Notes under the pieces: generated by a model | Told to the model about the DNA's origin: nothing | The model's input: only the letters and a program-made list of their open reading frames with translations | Database searches by the model: none | Program-made: the position numbers and the translations under genes | Assembly (NCBI GenBank): GCA_963727455.1 | Contig: CAVSGG010000005.1 | Span: forward strand, 128,001 to 192,000 | Source of the DNA: Candidatus Krumholzibacteriota bacterium | GTDB lineage: Bacteria; Krumholzibacteriota; Krumholzibacteriia; JAJRXK01 | DNA length: 64,000 nt | Reading direction: 5' to 3' | Part shown: positions 59,347 through 64,000 of the stretch, piece after piece | Layout of the letters: each line of letters opens with the position of its first letter | Position numbering within the stretch: position 1 is the stretch's first letter

Positions 59347-60780
59347 ATGAGCCATCCCGGGCGGGAATTGCCGCCGCTTCATGAACTCCTGAAACGACGC
59401 GCGGTGCGCGCTCTTCGCCGCCGTCTGCGCAGTGATCTGCTCACGCGTCTGGCTCGCGAAGCTCTCAGCGAGGAACGTTCCTTCCTGTCTCGGGGGAGGG
59501 GTTTTTCCGAGCGCTACGGATCGGGCCCGCTGAATCGAGCCAGACTTACGCGATACCTGGAAGCTCGCCTAGTAGAGGAGGTCGACGATCTGCTGCAGCC
59601 CCAACTTCAGAGCGTGATCAACGCGAGCGGAGTATTGCTACATACGAACCTCGGGCGAGCGCGGCTGGGAATCTCGGCCCGAACGGAACTCGCACGTGTC
59701 GCGGAGGACCCGGTAGCACTGGAGATCGAACTCGAGTCGGGGAAGCGGGGGAGTCGCAACAGCGCGGTTTCGCGTTGGCTTCGGCTCCTGACCGGTGCTG
59801 AGGCCGGGCTTGCGGTGAACAATGGAGCCGGAGCTCTGTGGCTTACGGTTCATGCTCTTGCACGCGGTCGGCGCGCGATTATTTCGCGCGGAGAACAAGT
59901 GGCGATTGGAGGGTCCTTTCGCATGCCGGAGCTGCTTCGGACCACCGGGGCCACGATCGTCGAGGTGGGAACGACCAACAAGACGAGTCTCGCCGATTAC
60001 GCCAAGGTCTTGAGGGCCGGCGACATGATCCTGAAAGTCCACCCCAGCAATTACCAGGTACAGGGATTCACCGAGGAAGCTCCGCTCGAAAAGCTCGGCG
60101 CACTGGTCCGTGAACGGAATGCTCGTCTCGTCTTTGACGCCGGTAGTGGTTGCCTCTATAACTTTGCCAAATTCGGTCTGAAGGGAGAGTCGACGATCGA
60201 CCAAGCTCTGAGCTCCGGAGCACAGCTCGTGAGCTTCAGCGGGGACAAGCTCCTCGGAGGTCCCCAGGCCGGGCTCATCGTGGGCGAGGCTGCACTGATC
60301 GGCAAGCTGAGCAAGCACCCGATGATGCGGGCACTGCGACTGGACAAGCTGATTCTGGCCGCGCTCGAGGCGACTCTGAAGGAGTATGGACGTGGCAGCG
60401 GTGCACCGGAAATCCCTCTGCTGGACGCGCTGCGTTTGAGCAAGACCGAACTCAAGAGACGCGCCGCTCGTCTCGAGTTGGAATTGAAAGCGGCGCTACC
60501 GGAGGGCTGGAGCTGCAAAGTGGTAAAGGGTGAGGCCGCCGTGGGGGGTGGCTCGTTTGCCCAGCGCCCGGTGGGAAGCATTCAACTCCAAATCGAGGGG
60601 CCTCAGGTGGACAGCGCAGAACGACTGCACGCTCGCCTCAGACGTGGTCGTCCCGCAGTTCTGACCTCGATCGCTCAGGGTGTCATTCGGATCGACTTCC
60701 GCACTCTGCGTGAAAGTGATCTCACGCCGCTCGCTGACCGTATCATCTTTTCGAGTCGCGAGGGGGTAACATCGTCGTGA
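59347..60780 (+). CDS. selA: L-seryl-tRNA(Sec) selenium transferase
   Basis: VINASGVLLHTNLGRA, VNN.A, IGGSFRMP, EVGTTN, KVH.SNY, FSGDKLLGGPQAG, RALRLDK. Confidence 0.93.
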   Translation: MSHPGRELPPLHELLKRRAVRALRRRLRSDLLTRLAREALSEERSFLSRGRGFSERYGSGPLNRARLTRYLEARLVEEVDDLLQPQLQSVINASGVLLHTNLGRARLGISARTELARVAEDPVALEIELESGKRGSRNSAVSRWLRLLTGAEAGLAVNNGAGALWLTVHALARGRRAIISRGEQVAIGGSFRMPELLRTTGATIVEVGTTNKTSLADYAKVLRAGDMILKVHPSNYQVQGFTEEAPLEKLGALVRERNARLVFDAGSGCLYNFAKFGLKGESTIDQALSSGAQLVSFSGDKLLGGPQAGLIVGEAALIGKLSKHPMMRALRLDKLILAALEATLKEYGRGSGAPEIPLLDALRLSKTELKRRAARLELELKAALPEGWSCKVVKGEAAVGGGSFAQRPVGSIQLQIEGPQVDSAERLHARLRRGRPAVLTSIAQGVIRIDFRTLRESDLTPLADRIIFSSREGVTSS

Positions 60781-62321
60781 TGGAAGACAAGCAGGGCCCA
60801 TTGAATTCCTCTCGCGGAGAGGGTGTCGAAGAAGCAGGCGCGTGGATCCGCGCTACACTGGGCCGGGCACAATCGGGTTTTTATCATCTGGGATATTCCT
60901 CGGCCAACCCCGGAAGCTGGCAGGTTATCGACGAGCTGCTCGATGGTACCCATCTCGAAGAATTTCGTCTCGTCGCCGAGGGCTTGCGAGCCCATGCGAT
61001 TCCCGGCGAAGGTTTGGTTACGGTGGTCGGGGACGACCAGACCGATGCTCGAGCACGAACCTATCTGGCATTCCAGCTAGCTAGGCTCTTGGCCGAAGGT
61101 GGAGGTCGCGTTCTGCTCGTGGATGGAGAGTTCGAGGAAGACGGGCCAGGCGAGTGGTTGGGTGAGCTGGGCCGCGAGGGCTTCCTGGATGTCGCCCGTT
61201 ATGGCACTTCCCCGCGCTCGACTCTGCAAGCGGTGGGGGTGAACAATGTCGACCTCATGAGTGTTGGCAGTTACCGGCCCCGCGAGAGTGAGCCGCTGAG
61301 TACCGAGGAGTTGAGGGGAGCCCTCCGGCAGCTCAAGGGGCTCTTTGACTTCGTTTTGATCACGGCCCCCGCGCGCAACGCGCAGGGGGATTGCAACCCG
61401 CTTTTCTCCTACGGTGATGGTGTCTTGCTGGGACTCACCCTCCGAGGGGAGGCCAGGGACCGATTCGAAGGGCTTGCGGAGGACTTGATGAAGAGCGATG
61501 TCCCCATCTATGGGGTCATGGCATTTCCCGAGTCCGCCCCCCAAGCGTCTCCAAAAGAGCCCGAGATCGCTGCGGTCGAACAACGCCCCCCAGTGCTCGA
61601 GCCCAGAGTTCGTCACGTTGGCGGCTCTCCCTACCGGGATAGCCGAGCTCCTCATCAGAGCAGCATGCTCTTCCGCCGCATCGCCCTGGGAATCGGCTTG
61701 ATTCTGGTGGGTTTCCTGGGCGCGTGGGCTACGATTCAGTGGACGCAGCGACCCGGAGCTCAGCAGGACCACAAGATGTCCGGGCGGGGCGAGAGACTGG
61801 CGGTCCAACAGAGGAACTCCGACTTCCCGCCGACAGTGGCCGGTATCGACTCCAGCGTCGCCGAATCGGCAAAGCAGACTTCGGCCGCGACCGATTCCGT
61901 GCTCCCCGATAGCCTCAAATCCGCTATCTTGACCCCGGAGAAGGAGCCCGCCAAGTCTGAGCTCGCGGAGCCTAGCGGCTCGCGACCCTCGCCCGAGGAA
62001 GGGCCTGCCGAGAGCAAGGCAGAGGGCGCAGCGCCAGCGGACTCGACGGCAATGGCAAGGCTGAGGCTCCGGCCGGAGAATGGATATGCCCTGCATCCGT
62101 GGAGTTTTCCCGATTCGGTGCAGACTCTTCCTTCCCTGGCCAAGCTGCGCAAGGCAGGCCTTTCGCCAGTGGTAGTCGCGGCGGAGATTCCGGGCAAGGG
62201 CACCTGGTACCGGGTGATCGTGGGCAACTACCCGACCCGCAAGGAGGCTCTGAAGGCGCGCAGTCTCCTTTTGTCGCGGCCGGACGTGGACTATGTAGGT
62301 GTGGTGAGAGTAGCTCAGTGA
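60777..62321 (+). CDS. Membrane protein: degenerate MinD/BY-kinase-like cytoplasmic domain, TM helix, periplasmic SPOR domain
   Basis: LA..LA..G.RVLLVD and FDFVLI..P; TM IALGIGLILVGFLGAW; SF...L...G...GTWYRVIVG.Y...EA. Confidence 0.7.
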   Translation: MMEDKQGPLNSSRGEGVEEAGAWIRATLGRAQSGFYHLGYSSANPGSWQVIDELLDGTHLEEFRLVAEGLRAHAIPGEGLVTVVGDDQTDARARTYLAFQLARLLAEGGGRVLLVDGEFEEDGPGEWLGELGREGFLDVARYGTSPRSTLQAVGVNNVDLMSVGSYRPRESEPLSTEELRGALRQLKGLFDFVLITAPARNAQGDCNPLFSYGDGVLLGLTLRGEARDRFEGLAEDLMKSDVPIYGVMAFPESAPQASPKEPEIAAVEQRPPVLEPRVRHVGGSPYRDSRAPHQSSMLFRRIALGIGLILVGFLGAWATIQWTQRPGAQQDHKMSGRGERLAVQQRNSDFPPTVAGIDSSVAESAKQTSAATDSVLPDSLKSAILTPEKEPAKSELAEPSGSRPSPEEGPAESKAEGAAPADSTAMARLRLRPENGYALHPWSFPDSVQTLPSLAKLRKAGLSPVVVAAEIPGKGTWYRVIVGNYPTRKEALKARSLLLSRPDVDYVGVVRVAQ

Positions 62322-62370
62322 ACTCTCTCGACAGCAGAGCGGATTGCTTCAACACGAGGAGAAGGACAGC

Positions 62371-64000
62371 GTGAGACTGAAACGGGTGGAGATGGTGGGC
62401 TTCAAGTCCTTCATGGATCGTACAGTTCTCGATTTTCGCGATGGAGTGACTTCCATCCTCGGTCCCAACGGATGTGGCAAGAGCAACGTTGTGGACGCCG
62501 TGCGCTGGGTGTTGGGGGAACAGAGCCCCAAACAGCTGCGCGGCGAGAAGATGGAAGACGTGATTTTCAAGGGTAGCACGAAGCGCAAGCCGCTCTCCAC
62601 CGCCGAAGTTACCCTCGTCTTTGACAACACGACCGGTAGGCTGAACATCGAATACGAGGAAGTGGCAATCACCAGGCGGGTCTCGCGTGACGGTGGCAGT
62701 GACTACTTTCTCAACAAGACACCGTGCCGCCTCAAGGACCTCAAGGACCTGCTTTATGACACCGGTGCGGGGAATAACGCCTACTCCATCATCGAACAGG
62801 AGATGGTGGGCCAGGTCCTCAACCCCAACGAGAACAAAGTTCGTTCCATTCTCGAAGAGGGTTCCGGCGTAGTTCGTTACAAAGCGAAGCGCAAGGAAGC
62901 TCTCCGCAAACTGGATCTCACGGAACGCGATCTCCTGCGGGTCGAGGACATCATCGACGAGATCGGCCATCAGGTGAGAAGTCTGGCCCGCCAGGTGGGC
63001 AAGGCTCGTCGTCACAAGCGAATCTTCGGCGAGCTGAAGTCTCTGGAGATCATTCGTGCTCATCATGAGACGAAGGCGCTTCGCAGGGAGCTGAGCGAGC
63101 TGCAGGAGAGAATCGAAGTTCTGAAGGTGGAGGGTACGGGTGAGGATGCGCAGCTGTCGAAGACGCGCGCATCCATCGAGGAAATGCGCCCAGCGATCGA
63201 CACCCTCGAGGCCGAGCGGCGTCAGAAGGAACACGACTTCGCCCGCGTGGAATCGAAGCTGAAGCAACTCGAAGGCGAACTACTGGTGTTGAAGGAACGC
63301 CTGGAGAGCGGCGGGCGCCGCCTGGAAGAATTGGCGGAAGAGCGCGCTCGAACCCAGGAGCGGGCCACCGAGATCGAGAACGAGCTGAAGGAGGCGGTTG
63401 CGGAACAGGAGCAACTACAGAAGCAACTCGAAGCGACGCGAGAAGATGCCGCGGTAAAGGAGGCCGCGCTACGGACTGCCACCCAGCTCTACGAGCAATC
63501 CAGGAACTCCCTCGCCGAGGCCCAGCAACTGAGTCTCAGCTTCCTGCAGGAGGAGGCCGAGAGGAAAAAGGACGTCGCGACGCAGGAGACCAAGATCCAG
63601 TCTCTGAGCGAAAGAGAAAAGAGCCTCGAAGCCAAGCTGCGTGAGAACGAGGGACAGCGCAATTCCCTGCGCGAAGAGCTCGTGGAGGTAGAGCAGGACC
63701 TCGCTGCCCTCGAAACGCAACGCTCCGAGATCGAAGCCGAGATCGCGCGGCACCGGGATGCCGAAAAGCTCGCCGACCAGATGGTTGATCGGGCCCTCGA
63801 TGATCGCGCGTCGGCGGCGGACGATCTGGCGCGAGCAGAGAGCCGTCACGAGATCGCGGCACGCATCGCGGCCGAATACGAAGGATATCGCAGCGGCGCC
63901 GCCGCACTCCTGAAGGATGATTCTTCGCGGCGAATGCTGCGAGGTGCCCTCGCCGAGACCTTGACCGTGGCGAAGGGGTACGAGTCCGCATTCGAATTGC
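62371..64000 (+). CDS. smc: Chromosome segregation protein SMC (5' part; runs off the right edge)
   Basis: Not in the ORF track because it has no stop. From GTG 62371: MRLKRVEMVGFKSF, GPNGCGKSNVVDAVRWVLGEQS...LRG..MEDVIF.GS, then coiled coil. AGGAG RBS. Confidence 0.96.
   Translation, partial: MRLKRVEMVGFKSFMDRTVLDFRDGVTSILGPNGCGKSNVVDAVRWVLGEQSPKQLRGEKMEDVIFKGSTKRKPLSTAEVTLVFDNTTGRLNIEYEEVAITRRVSRDGGSDYFLNKTPCRLKDLKDLLYDTGAGNNAYSIIEQEMVGQVLNPNENKVRSILEEGSGVVRYKAKRKEALRKLDLTERDLLRVEDIIDEIGHQVRSLARQVGKARRHKRIFGELKSLEIIRAHHETKALRRELSELQERIEVLKVEGTGEDAQLSKTRASIEEMRPAIDTLEAERRQKEHDFARVESKLKQLEGELLVLKERLESGGRRLEELAEERARTQERATEIENELKEAVAEQEQLQKQLEATREDAAVKEAALRTATQLYEQSRNSLAEAQQLSLSFLQEEAERKKDVATQETKIQSLSEREKSLEAKLRENEGQRNSLREELVEVEQDLAALETQRSEIEAEIARHRDAEKLADQMVDRALDDRASAADDLARAESRHEIAARIAAEYEGYRSGAAALLKDDSSRRMLRGALAETLTVAKGYESAFEL

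Overview
GC-rich bacterial chromosomal segment, mostly core genes, from a diderm organism. A FlgD-Ig/T9SS-type C-terminal domain, lipoproteins, OM beta-barrels, mglBA and spoVG suggest an FCB-related candidate lineage such as Krumholzibacteriota, Latescibacterota or Eisenbacteria; this is inference only. It holds about 55 CDS, six tRNAs (all four Ser isoacceptors, Arg-ACG, Ala-CGC), the SRP RNA and an S6:S18 leader. Conserved blocks are tadA-tRNA-ffs-dnaX-ybaB-recR-mglBA, pgpA-cinA-thpR-recA-recX, ispE-spoVG-prs-rplY-pth-hppA-rpsF-rpsR-rplI and selA-SPOR-smc. I saw no CRISPR, prophage or IS. The main finding is a 56-aa ORF (4991..5161), below the ORF-track cutoff, that reads as a minimal prokaryotic histone of the face-to-face/alpha3-truncated type, with its own promoter, RBS and downstream hairpin. 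It is divergent from a BtpA - Ser/Thr kinase - phosphodiesterase/EEP run. Other notable items: a degenerate P-loop/TM/SPOR protein between selA and smc, a circularly permuted S55 protease paired with a beta-propeller protein, a TonB-ExbBD-lipoprotein-barrel operon, and several small apparent frameshifts, probably consensus errors. All calls come from reading motifs by eye; no database search was run.
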